Positions 52,106 to 64,000 of a stretch of DNA of 64,000 nt are shown here, one piece after another. A program made the translations under genes and the position numbers. The notes below the pieces were generated by a model. The model was not told the DNA's origin and did not search any database. It saw only the letters and a list, made by a program, of their open reading frames with translations. The DNA comes from Macrostomum hystrix (taxonomy: Eukaryota > Animalia > Platyhelminthes). The stretch covers positions 558,001 to 622,000 of the forward strand of contig CATNEN010000027.1 of the NCBI GenBank assembly GCA_950097015.1, written 5' to 3'. Within the stretch, counting starts at the first letter, position 1. The number at the start of each line of letters is the position of its first letter.

Positions 52106-52513
52106 TCATTTTGAGCCCAGTGGCCTCAATGCTGATGGATGCACAGACGGTCTGGCAGTTGCAGCTACCTGCTGGGTTGCAGCCATCATTCTTAGCTCGG
52201 GTATCCGATCCAGGTAAGCGCAGGTGGCCCTATCTAACTCCATTTTGGTGTTGCTGCGCCTCAGGCGCGATGCTATCATGAAGATGATGGCCATTGCAAA
52301 CACGGACACAATGCACACTGTGTACAGAACCGCGCCTCTGCTGTCGAGGTGTTTCTGCTCCAGCTTATCAGGTGCTGGCGTCAGCGCCGATGTGTGATTG
52401 GACAGCAGCCTTTGCAACAGAATGTGACTTATAGGTTTGGAATCTGATGATTGTTGCAGTATCGGAGGCATGTCGACGTTTAACAATCGATCAGTCAAAA
52501 CTGACTCTACCAT
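52106..52513 (-). CDS. Single-pass membrane protein (135 aa), KCNE/MinK-like architecture, function unknown
   Basis: ATG at 52513 lies 4 nt after a CTAAC..AACAG acceptor; TGA at 52106-52108. One TM helix (AVLYTVCIVSVFAMAIIFMIAS), then basic RLRR and ELDRATCAYL. GC-richer than the flanks. Confidence 0.65.
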   Translation of the reverse strand: MVESVLTDRLLNVDMPPILQQSSDSKPISHILLQRLLSNHTSALTPAPDKLEQKHLDSRGAVLYTVCIVSVFAMAIIFMIASRLRRSNTKMELDRATCAYLDRIPELRMMAATQQVAATARPSVHPSALRPLGSK

Positions 52514-52769
52514 CCAGCTGTTGTTAGTTAGTTATACTTGTTATCCAAGCCATTGTGTGTGTACATTGCATGCGTACATTGACTGAGCCAGTGTACACTA
52601 GTTCTCACGATGCAGTTTAATTATCACCTACTATGTACTTAACCTTAACAGTTTTATCACAAATGCATTGAATTACATGAATAGACTAACGACGAAATCA
52701 TTGTTAAAGAACCATATTTTTAGATTAGGTAAAAAAATTTAAATGACTATCCAGGTGGGTAGCTGAAAC

Positions 52770-54877
52770 ACTTTCTGAAGGACCACAGTAGGGTTGCTAA
52801 AGTACTTTCTGAAAGACAAGAGCGGGGTAGCTAAAGTACTTTCTGAAGGACCAGAGCGGGGTAGCTAAAGTACTTTCTGAAGGACCAAAGCAGGGTAGCT
52901 AAAGAACTTTCTGAAGGACAACAGCAGGGTAGCCAAAGTACTTTCTGAAGGACAACAGCAGGGTAGCCAAAGTACTTTCTGAAGGACCTAAGCAGGGTAG
53001 CTAAAGTACTTTCTGAAGGACCAGAGCGGGGTATCTAAAGTACTTTCTGAAGGACCTAAGCAGGGTAGCTAAAGTACTTTCTGAAGGACCTAAGCAGGGT
53101 AGCTAAAGTACTTTCTGAAATACCAGAGCAGGGCAGCTAAAGTACTTTCTGAAATACCAGAGCAGGGCAGCTAAAGTACTTTCTGAAGGACCAGAGCGGG
53201 GTAGCTAAAGTACTTTCTGAAGGACCAAAGCAGGGTAGCTAAAGAACTTTCTGAAGGACAACAGCAGGGTAGCCAAAGTACTTTCTGAAGGACAACAGCA
53301 GGGTAGCCAAAGTACTTTCTGAAGGACCTAAGCAGGGTAGCTAAAGTACTTTCTGAAGGACCAGAGCGGGGTATCTAAAGTACTTTCTGAAGGACCTAAG
53401 CAGGGTAGCTAAAGTACTTTCTGAAGGACCAGAGCGGGGTATCTAAAGTACTTTCTGAAGGACCTAAGCAGGGTAGCTAAAGTACTTTCTGAAGGACCTA
53501 AGCAGGGTAGCTAAAGTACTTTCTGAAGGACCAGAGCGGGGTAGCTAAAGTACTTTCTGAAAGACAAGAGCGGGGTAGCTAAAGTACTTTCTGAAGGACC
53601 AGAGCGGGGTAGCTAAAGAACTTTCTGAAGGACCAAAGCAGGGTAGCTAAACTACTTTCTGAAAGACCAGAGCAGGGTAGCTAAAGTACTTTCTGAAGGA
53701 CCAAAGCAGGGTAGCTAAACTACTTTCTGAAAGACCAGAGCGGGGTAGCTAAAGTACTTTCTGAAAGACAAGAGCGGGGTAGCTAAAGTACTTTCTGAAG
53801 GACCAGAGCGGGGTAGCTAAAGTACTTTCTGAAGGACCAAAGCAGGGTAGCTAAAGAACTTTCTGAAGGACAACAGCAGGGTAGCCAAAGTACTTTCTGA
53901 AGGACAACAGCAGGGTAGCCAAAGTACTTTCTGAAGGACCTAAGCAGGGTAGCTAAAGTACTTTCTGAAGGACCAGAGCGGGGTATCTAAAGTACTTTCT
54001 GAAGGACCTAAGCAGGGTAGCTAAAGTACTTTCTGAAGGACCAGAGCGGGGTATCTAAAGTACTTTCTGAAGGACCTAAGCAGGGTAGCTAAAGTACTTT
54101 CTGAAGGACCTAAGCAGGGTAGCTAAAGTACTTTCTGAAGGACCAGAGCGGGGTAGCTAAAGTACTTTCTGAAAGACAAGAGCGGGGTAGCTAAAGTACT
54201 TTCTGAAGGACCAGAGCGGGGTAGCTAAAGAACTTTCTGAAGGACAACAGCAGGGTAGCCAAAGTACTTTCTGAAGGACAACAGCAGGGTAGCCAAAGTA
54301 CTTTCTGAAGGACCTAAGCAGGGTAGCTAAAGTACTTTCTGAAGGACCAGAGCGGGGTATCTAAAGTACTTTCTGAAGGACCTAAGCAGGGTAGCTAAAG
54401 TACTTTCTGAAGGACCTAAGCAGGGTAGCTAAAGTACTTTCTGAAATACCAGAGCAGGGCAGCTAAAGTACTTTCTGAAGGACCAGAGCGGGGTAGCTAA
54501 AGTACTTTCTGAAGGACCAGAGCGGGGTAGCTAAAGTACTTTCTGAAGGACCAAAGCAGGGTAGCTAAAGAACTTTCTGAAGGACAACAGCAGGGTAGCC
54601 AAAGTACTTTCTGAAGGACAACAGCAGGGTAGCCAAAGTACTTTCTGAAGGACCTAAGCAGGGTAGCTAAAGTACTTTCTGAAGGACCAGAGCGGGGTAG
54701 CTAAAGTAATTTCTGAAGGACCAAAGCAGGGTAGCTAAAGTACTTTCTGAAGGACCTAAGCAGGGTAGCTAAAGTACTTTCTGAAGGACCAGAGCGGGGT
54801 AGCTAAAGTACTTTCTGAAAGACCAGAGCGGGGTAGCTGAAGTACTTTCTGAAAGACCAGAGCGGGGTAGCTAAAGT
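52770..54877. repeat. 34-bp minisatellite (AGTACTTTCTGAAGGACCAGAGCGGGGTAGCTAA)n with higher-order structure
   Basis: About 62 units; ordered variant blocks recur. Confidence 0.97.
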
Positions 54878-55361
54878 ACGAGCGTACGTTTGCCAGAAAA
54901 AGTAGACAGTGAGTCAATGTAGTGCAAAGTAAGTGAAAGAAATTCTCGCAAGACAACAGAATGCAATCTCAATTTAGAAGCTAACTTCTATTACTCGCAG
55001 TTTACCTGCTGTTAGTTTCACCTGTTTTTGCAGATGACTGAATAAAAAATACCATTACACACGTCAACTTGTATTATTTTTTATCTCACATTGAGAGGTT
55101 AGGAAATTCGCAGCACATAAGGTGGAAATTTTTGAAAAGCAAATGTTTAATAGTGAAGAAGTGAAATAAGAAATTAACGACAAAAATAGAAACACACGAC
55201 GAAAGGTTGAACTGAAAGTTTTTATCATATTTATTATAAGTTAGCCTTGAAAAATGAAAAACTATAACTATGCAGAAAGTTTTACCAATATCAATAGTTT
55301 ACTTCACAATGATTTGCCAATCACAAAACTTACTTGAATTGAAACTAACTACCTGACATTT

Positions 55362-55745
55362 TAGTTAGTGTCTTATCTGGCATTTACCCCAGCCTGAACT
55401 AATTAGTTAGTGTCTTATCTGGCATTTACCCCAGCCTGAACTAATTAGTTATTGCCTTACATGGCAGTTAACCCAGCCAGAACTAATTAGTTATTGCCTT
55501 ATATGGCATTTACCCCAGCCTGAACTAATTAGTTAGTGTCTTATCTGGCAGTTATTCCAGCCTGAACTAATTAGTTTATGTCTTATCTGGCAGTTACCCC
55601 AGCCTGAACTACTTAGTTAGTGTCTTATCTGGCAGTTACCCCAGCCTGAACTAATTAGTTTATGTCTTATCTGGCAGTTACCCCAGCCTGAACTAATTAG
55701 TTTATGTCTTATCTGGCAGTTACCCCAGCCTGAACTAATTAGTTT
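55362..55745. repeat. 42-bp minisatellite (TGTCTTATCTGGCATTTACCCCAGCCTGAACTAATTAGTTAG)n
   Basis: 9 units, downstream of HP1. Confidence 0.95.
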
Positions 55746-55972
55746 ATAAAGTCTAAAAAGACTTATAAATGCCTATATGAAGAATTGCGAATAAATGCTA
55801 ATAAACTGGACAAACAACTGTTGTGAAATAATTCGTACGTTAATCCGTACCGTGATTGCGGAGAAACAGAAGATGAAAAGTCTAAAGCGCAAACGCTTTG
55901 CGTTAGAACTGACGAGTTAAAGAAGCACAAACTAACAACAGCCCGGACCCGATTCGCTGTCTGTATTCGAGA

Positions 55973-56958
<986 letters not shown>

Positions 56959-57469
56959 GACTTGCCTTATTGATTTTATCAAAGCTGCAGTGATTAAAGT
57001 GAAAAACTTTTATTTTTTCTTTGTTATGTTTAGCAACAAGTTAAAACACCAGAAATAATTTGTAGCAAAAAATAATGCATAATAATGCATACTAATATGC
57101 ATGATTATACCGACCTACATACCTACCTACATATCTACCTACAAATAGAGCCTTATATTGAGACCCACAATATTCCAAATGCCACTTAACCTCTATTCAG
57201 TATTTATATCAGCATCATCATTTGCAAGCTAATAGAATTAATTAGTCCTTATTAAGTAGTTCAAATAGTTGTAGTAAACATATATCAAACCTTAAGATCT
57301 ACTAATATGATTCAATAATAATGCTACTTCTTCAAATTAAACATAAGATTTAGAAGTTGAGTGCTATAATAAGATAACTAATGTATTGATAATGTCTCAA
57401 ATGTCTCATTAGGCTTACTTGGCAAATGACAAACAAAAAATAAAAGACAACAAATGCTTAGCTAGCTAT

Positions 57470-57857
57470 TAGGGAACGGACTCCCGACCCTTTCGGGATC
57501 CCAATCCCAACTTTTAGAAAGTCGGGAATCAGGATGGGCTCATCTCATGCCCCTAATATATGAATAGCTTGTAAAAATCAAGAAACAGCTTGAAAAATTT
57601 GATGCAGGCTGAACCAAGGAAGGTTTCAACTGATATTAAAACTTAAAGGTAGCCATCTGCTTAACTTTATACTAAAAAATCTCAGATTTCGCTTATCCTA
57701 TTTTTAATGTAACAAGATGCAAAATAACATTCTCCAACTCCAACTCTCCACTAAGGTTGGGCATAGGCTCCTCCCATCCCAAATCCCGCCCAATCCAGCC
57801 TAGATATAAATGAAGATCCCAATCCCAACTAATCCTAAAAATCCTATCCGACCCCTA
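57470..57857. mobile_element. hAT-type MITE, 388 bp
   Basis: TIRs TAGGGAACGGA and (reverse complement) TAGGGGTCGGA; exact 8-bp TSD CTAGCTAT at 57462-57469 and 57858-57865; internal GATCCCAATCCCAACT repeated. Confidence 0.8.
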
Positions 57858-59919
57858 CTAGCTATCCTTTATGATGCTTTAATCAAGCTGTCTAATGACA
57901 GTAGGGGGGATCCTAAGGCAATAGTTTCCTACAGAAACTTTTTTCAGTGAGATTTGCCAACAGGATTTTTACTTTTTAATTGTATTTTTTCATTTGAAGT
58001 TTCCACTACACAAGTTTTTTCTAAAGGCCCTAATAAACTTTTCAGGCAGAAACATGGGAGATGCAAGAGAAACCTATAAATTATCAACACTAGCTATTAT
58101 AATAAAATAAGCAATTATAGATAGCTTTTGGCTAGGCCTAGTCACAAAAGGTAATATATACATTTTAATAACTAAAAATAGTTCAATATAGTAACAAATC
58201 TATTTACAAAAGAAAAAAAGATATCATAGGGCCTAATAGACAATTGACAATAGGTTATAATTCTAGGCCTAGTTACAAAAGGACAGTATAAAATAAGTCA
58301 ATAAAATATATTTTATAGGGATAGGAACAAAATTTAATAGCAATCAATAGGCCTAATTGGATTAAATAACTTGGGAATGGGATCCTAGTGACTTTGGATG
58401 TAGCAATGTGACAATGTCTAATGTCCACATTGGGATCAGGTTTATGTAAACACAAAAATGGACTGGAAGATATGGAAAACTTGGCAATGGAACTGCAATG
58501 GACTGCATGGGACCAGGGCATTAGTTATTTATATTTTAATCTATGATAGGGGCCTATGGCTTAAAGAGTTGCTGATGTGATGTCTAGTAGTAGATATTAT
58601 GAAATCTCAATAGTGAAACAATTCATAATATGAATGCAAATGTGTCAAATGCGTCAAAAAATATTTTTTGGTGAAAGAGTTGCATGTTTTCGATTTTATG
58701 CATGCTTTTTTCAAGGACCACTAGAAGATATTTTTTCCTTTAATCCTTGTATTTTTTTTCAAAACAAGAGTATCAAAAAGGAAACAAAAATTTTTGACAT
58801 ATCTGATCACTGAGATGATCACATTTACTGGTGCACCGCCATAGACTTTTATCATTAAAGTAAGCTAAATAAAAAACAGAGAAACAACACATTCCATTGA
58901 AAACTATTGTTAGATGCTTTCTTCAAGAATGCAATCGATTTCATTTTTCTGAATTGTATAAATCTGTTTTACTTCATGTTTTATTAGGGGCCTAATTAAG
59001 TTAAAATAGGCCTAAAACAAATATTAACTATCTATAGACATATCTAAGTCATATTATAAAATACATAAAAAATGACTGCTCAGGTTCCACTTTTGTCCAT
59101 TGAGGTCCATTTCGGTGTTTACGCGGACCCATGACATTGTGTTTGCAGGAAATTTCTAGCACATGCAGGACAGCTGGTGTACCCTAGGTGCACCATTTTT
59201 ATAGGTGCAGGGCATAACACATAGTTAGGTGCAGATACATTAGGGCTGCCAGACGGAGGCGGGTTCCAGATGGAGGAGGGCTGCCAGACGGAGGCAGACA
59301 AAGACAAAAAATCGCATTCTTTGCTTCCCTTTTGCATTTTTGTGAACGTCGTGTTTAGGCTATAGCTCACAAGGATTGGGACGTATTAACTTCCCGATTG
59401 ACATTCACATTCACATTCACATTCAAACAAGAGTATTGTAACTTTAAAAATAACCATTCAATTACAGCGAAACTTACAAGATCTTCTGATGCAACTAAGA
59501 TAACGTTCCAAAATAAAAATATTTTCTTTTTGTCAATGCTTAAAAGAATTACACAGCTTTGAAGTATGTTCCTATCTCCGAGGGTATTTTCTTGTACTTT
59601 CATAAAGACACTTCTACTGCATCAATCGCAATGAAAATTTACAAAACGTCTGATGCAATCAAGTTGATTGGATGTGTAAAATTTCAGACTGATTCATGAA
59701 AGCGTCTGCGGGTTATTCAAGGTTAAAGTGTGTTCGTATCTCCGTAGTGTATTTTTGCGAGCTAGTGCAGCTTGACATCAGCTCGCAATGAATTCAAGGC
59801 AATTGATCTTCGCGGGCTTATAAATCAGCCTGTGTAGTAGAAGTAGAAGTAGCTAAGAGGGGCTGTGTGAGTTAATGAGAATTTTTTAGTGTTAAGTTGT
59901 TAATTTAAGTGTCTTATTG

Positions 59920-62900
59920 GGGTGCCAGTCAATTCGGCGACAGGTTAATTCGGCGACAACCAATTAGGCGACAAGTCAGTTCGGCGACAACCAATTCGGC
60001 GACAAATATAGATTAAAAACTGAAAAAGCCCTTTCGAAAACGGGGGTGTATATAACATGGGCTCGCATTGGGCACACTGGGACAACTGGGTTTGAAACAT
60101 TATAACAAAAAATACATTTCTTTACCTTCATCAGCGTTTAATGCAAGAAGAGAAAAATAGAAAAAAAAATTTATTTTCAGAAACGTTTATTTTAAATTGC
60201 TACGTCTTTACTTAATAACTCAAATGTTTTAACAACGATTTTCAACTTCCTTTCGATAAAATATTTGCTTTCAACTGAAAGCTTTACTTTTTCTCGAAAA
60301 GCAACGAGAAAGCTGTAGTAATTACTCAACTTGTTTGCTGGTAAATTATAAAAATGATTTACTTTGTAATGATTTTTGTTTCTAATAGTTTCTGTTAAAG
60401 AAGAAGGCATGGAAAAAAATCCGTGACAACAAGCTGCCAATTACGTATATTTACCAACAAAAGTAAGGATAATACATACGCTGTGGAACACATATAGAGC
60501 TGACTAGAAAGTTAAAACTAATTTGCGGAGCCCAGCAAATAGGAAAATATTTGCCGACTGTTTAGAAAAGAAAAAAACAAAAAAACAGAACCGTAGAACT
60601 ACAAAAAAATGTAGCAAATCCGCACAATTTAAATAAAGTATGCTGAAATGCTAAGTGTGTAAAAAAACTTTAAGACAAAAATATTGAAAACGTACAAGTT
60701 ACATTTCGAAACAAATGTTTTAATAAAAAAATTTAAATGCCTAGCGTACAAAAAATGAATGAAAAATAAATGAAAACCATAATTTAATAGTTGTAAATTT
60801 TACATGCTATGGCGGCCTCATACCCGGTGGGAAAAAAGCTGACGGTCCGCCAGCGCTGCCGCCATCGGCATCGCCAGCGGCCCGGCAGTCGGGATGCGCC
60901 ACGAAATGCTAGCGGCCCGCCGTGGCGGCCCGCCAGTGGCATGCCGCCGCTTTGCCGCCAGAAGTGCTGATATGCCAGCGGCATGCCGCCACTTTGCCGC
61001 CGCTTTACCGGCAGCGCTGGCGCTACTACTACTGCAGTACAGTACTACTACTTGATTTACAGTGAGATGCCCGCTACTTTTCCAGCAGTACTGCTTATTT
61101 TCTAGAGGCATAGTTGCCACTTAAACCAGCAAAATACGCAGGAACGGCAACATTTATCAGACGGCAGCATCGTCTATGAGCAAAATGATTTTAATTCATT
61201 TAAATGATTGTAATTTAATTCACCATTCAATTTCTATTTACTCAAGCAGTCCAGAGCTGTCAAATGATTTATTGAATGCCAACTAAAAAGATGCGTAAAG
61301 CACTCCATTCGGCTAATTTCCTGAAGGCCACTTGTAACAGAAAGATAGTAGGTACGGCAAAGTTTTATTTTTCAAAAATAATTAATTCGACTGACATAAA
61401 GAGGCGCCTTATAAAAGTATACGTGGGCTGATTGCTCATTGTTAGTTAATTGCTTGCAACTCAAAAGTCACAAAAGCAGCGCTCACTCCGGCTCATCGTT
61501 CCTGCTTTTCATCCGGCGCTGTCTGCCACCCATCCTGTCAGCCGCGTTCTTCAAAGCTGCCGCTATAGCTTGCTCAATCTCCCGCTCGTTGCTCTTTGGG
61601 AAAGATTGCAGTGCGGCCTGTTTTGTGACGTCCTCCAACTGGCCGATGAAGCGCAATCGATTGTCAACTCCATGGCGGTTAAACTTGGTTTGCATGTCGT
61701 TGGTCAACAACACGCTGACGGCCGAACGCACGAAAGCCCGCACGGTGGTACCACCGACTTGTCTGATTTGTCTGATCACTGAGGCCTTGAAAGTCATGTC
61801 GTTCAGACGGTTCAGCAAATCCTGAACTTCGTGAGTGCTAGCGCACGGAGAAATTTTCTCGGCTTCCGCGGGCGCATCGTTGCCATCCATCCTGTCGAGT
61901 CTGTCCTCGATTGCTACGACGCGTTTCAGGACGACAGACATCAAATAGTAGACAGAGCCAACCGTTCCAGGTTGCAAACCCTTTCGACGCACCAGAGAGT
62001 CCACGGGTCCGCATTCACCCTCGAAAAGCTGGCGGGGCTGACGTGACGAACTCCTTGAGCGCGCCTGGCTGTGTCCTTTTGACCTATCGGTACTGTGCAC
62101 ACTGCGCTGTTGACCGCCGCCAGACCTCACCGATGTGTCGTCAGGACTCCTCGAACGTGCACTGCCGCGTCGTCTCCGCGATTGGCTCTGCTGCGGACTA
62201 CGCCGCTGATCGCCGTCAGAGCTCACCGATGTGTCGTCAGGACTCCTCGAACGTGCACTGCCGCGTCGTCTCCGCGATTGGCTCTGCTGCGGACTACGCC
62301 GCTGATCGCCGTCAGAGCTCACCGATGTGTCGTCAGGACTCCTCGAACGTGCACTGCCGCGTCGTCTCCGCGATTGGCTCTGCTGCGGAGTGCGCTGGTC
62401 TCCACCAGGGCTCGCCAATGGGCCCCGATTCTCCGAACGCGACTCGATCTGCTGCTGCTTTCGCGACGATCGATCTCTTCTTGGGCTCGTGCTTCTTGAC
62501 CGAGACCACGGATGCAGCTGCGACAAAGGACGCCTCGGCGGTGGTAAAAGTCTTGGCGGCTGAGCAGTGATGGCAGGCGTTGAATGTTGAACCAATAGGC
62601 TGCTGCCCGAAGGACGCTCAGCTTCGGACTCCAAGCCAGAGGTTTCACCAACACAACTGTAGTACAAGTTCTCTGGCGGAAAGCGAAGTCGACCTCCACT
62701 GCAAAAGCGAGGCACCTTCTTCAAAATCTGCTCAACAGACATATTTCGCCGCTTTATGGTCTGGCAGTGCTTCAATGTAGAGAAAAGATCCGCTTCCTGA
62801 GTTGCCACTTGAATGAGGACACCCTTGCATTCGGCTTCCTCGAATTTCACGCGAAGAACTCGCTTGTTACCAGGGTCCGCGATAAGATTCTTGTAGATTT

Positions 62901-63458
62901 CTTCGGACCAATTTGTACAGCAGCTTATAGGGTGTACGGAGAAAGGGTCGTAAGCAGATCCTTTGTCGCTTGGGAAGTAAACCAAAGCAAACTTTATCTC
63001 TTCAAAGTTGAGCATTGCAGATTAAGCTAAAATGAAATTTTGGAAATATCATTTAGAATTTCCCACTTTATTAAATATATGCTGATCCAATGGATCGCAG
63101 TCACTCATGCTCAGGGTGATCACACTGCAATATACTTAGCAGTCGATCCGTTTGTATGTATAGTCTAAGTGAAAACAGGAGCTCGGAAAGGAGCATTACT
63201 TTTTACCTAATTACAACGACACTCAGTCCGACGAGATTGGAGAATAATTATACCCAAATTATAGTAATACTCAAACAAAAACGAATAAATTTCCAGAGAA
63301 TTAGTCACTGATACAAGTCATGTCAAGTTAAACTGTCAATCAAAATACTTTCTTGCAGAACCCTACTATTCGCAGTCGCCGAATTGACTGTCGCCGAATT
63401 GACTTGTCGCCGAATTGGTTGTAGCCGAGTTGGACTGTCGCCGAATTAACTGGAAGCC
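59920..63458. mobile_element. Mutator-like (MULE) DNA transposon, non-autonomous, 3539 bp
   Basis: 24-bp TIRs GGGTGCCAGTCAATTCGGCGACAG and (reverse complement) GGCTTCCAGTTAATTCGGCGACAG. Five subterminal TCGGCGAC-type repeats at each end in inverted orientation. Exact 9-bp TSD GTCTTATTG at 59911-59919 and 63459-63467. Confidence 0.9.
61483..63015 (-). CDS. DUF4806-like (BEN-related) protein, 510 aa, inside the MULE
   Basis: Uninterrupted ORF from ATG. N-terminal FALVYF motif, RS-rich middle with a 3x96-bp repeat, and C-terminus GGTTVRAFVRSAVSVLLTNDMQ..F..EIEQAIAAALKNAADRMGGRQRR resembling DUF4806 (recalled pattern, not searched). Confidence 0.75.
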   Translation of the reverse strand: MLNFEEIKFALVYFPSDKGSAYDPFSVHPISCCTNWSEEIYKNLIADPGNKRVLRVKFEEAECKGVLIQVATQEADLFSTLKHCQTIKRRNMSVEQILKKVPRFCSGGRLRFPPENLYYSCVGETSGLESEAERPSGSSLLVQHSTPAITAQPPRLLPPPRRPLSQLHPWSRSRSTSPRRDRSSRKQQQIESRSENRGPLASPGGDQRTPQQSQSRRRRGSARSRSPDDTSVSSDGDQRRSPQQSQSRRRRGSARSRSPDDTSVSSDGDQRRSPQQSQSRRRRGSARSRSPDDTSVRSGGGQQRSVHSTDRSKGHSQARSRSSSRQPRQLFEGECGPVDSLVRRKGLQPGTVGSVYYLMSVVLKRVVAIEDRLDRMDGNDAPAEAEKISPCASTHEVQDLLNRLNDMTFKASVIRQIRQVGGTTVRAFVRSAVSVLLTNDMQTKFNRHGVDNRLRFIGQLEDVTKQAALQSFPKSNEREIEQAIAAALKNAADRMGGRQRRMKSRNDEPE

Positions 63459-64000
63459 GTCTTATTGCAATTATAGTATTTTTGAACGAAGAAATCAGTT
63501 TTCGCGCATGGGACCAGTTTGTACGAGCGTATGTGACGGTTATTAGTAGGCGAAGGCTTCCCATACAGTGTGAATATTTTAGTTTTTTAAGAAGTGAGCT
63601 TTTTATTCTTTTTAATACAGTGCCTTGCATCTGTCATACGCTCTTAACTGGAAACAGAAGCTGTTAGTATAGGTTGTCTCTTTCATGATTGTGTAATTGT
63701 ACGAGCTACTCTACTCTACTCAAAATTCTACTCAAAGTATATAGAATAAACCAAAAAAGTACGACTTTTCTACCTTTCCGTGCCAGCTCTAAAAATCCTG
63801 GTTTGGGACGGGACCCGGCCGTCCCTCGTGGGACTGTGACAATTCATGCATGGTATACATTACGTTAAAATCCGTTAAAATATACGGAGTAGTGGTGGCA
63901 TCCCCGTGTCTCTTCCATGCCATGCAGTAACCAGCTTTAACCTGTACGTATACAGAAACCTGGTGTGACCAAATCTTTTTGCGTATTTCTTTGTGTTTTT

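Noticed and set aside
50529-52281. Gln/Ser/Val-rich ORFs
   Set aside because: 22-bp minisatellite translations.
26252-52513. Functional neuronal gene cluster (Munc18, NPY-type receptor, KCNE-like, lipid-anchored protein)
   Set aside because: Genes are far apart and on mixed strands, and two of the functions are only inferred; nothing in the sequence supports co-regulation.
23060-55745. CRISPR-like appearance of the 33-42-bp arrays
   Set aside because: Units are contiguous with no unique spacers, there are no cas genes, and the context is eukaryotic and intron-containing.
59240-59300. TAGGGCTGCCAGA hAT-like end with a short direct repeat
   Set aside because: No partner inverted end or TSD found.

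Overview
Eukaryotic (metazoan) genomic DNA: GC-rich spliced exons embedded in AT-rich, minisatellite-saturated introns and intergenic DNA. The style resembles a flatworm such as Macrostomum, but that is inference only. By hand-splicing with GT-AG boundaries and phase checks I reconstruct six host genes: a 10-exon transglutaminase (736 aa, catalytic C/H/D intact), a 2-exon NPY/NPF-type GPCR (463 aa), a 5-exon Munc18/unc-18 (617 aa), a 5-exon 74-aa acidic protein ending in CCTII that the ORF track misses entirely, a single-exon single-pass KCNE-like orphan (135 aa) and a 2-exon HP1 (211 aa). Mobile DNA comprises a 3.54-kb Mutator-like element (24-bp TIRs, 9-bp TSD) carrying a DUF4806-like ORF but no transposase, a hAT-type MITE with an 8-bp TSD, a LINE RNase H/CCHC 3' fragment bracketed by CAG/TAG arrays, and two tRNA-derived SINE families. 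About 25 distinct tandem arrays are present, and most long ORFs in the track are artefacts of them. The top leads are the micro-exon CaaX protein, the cargo-carrying MULE, the stacked retroelement ends in CAG arrays, and minisatellites built from splice signals.
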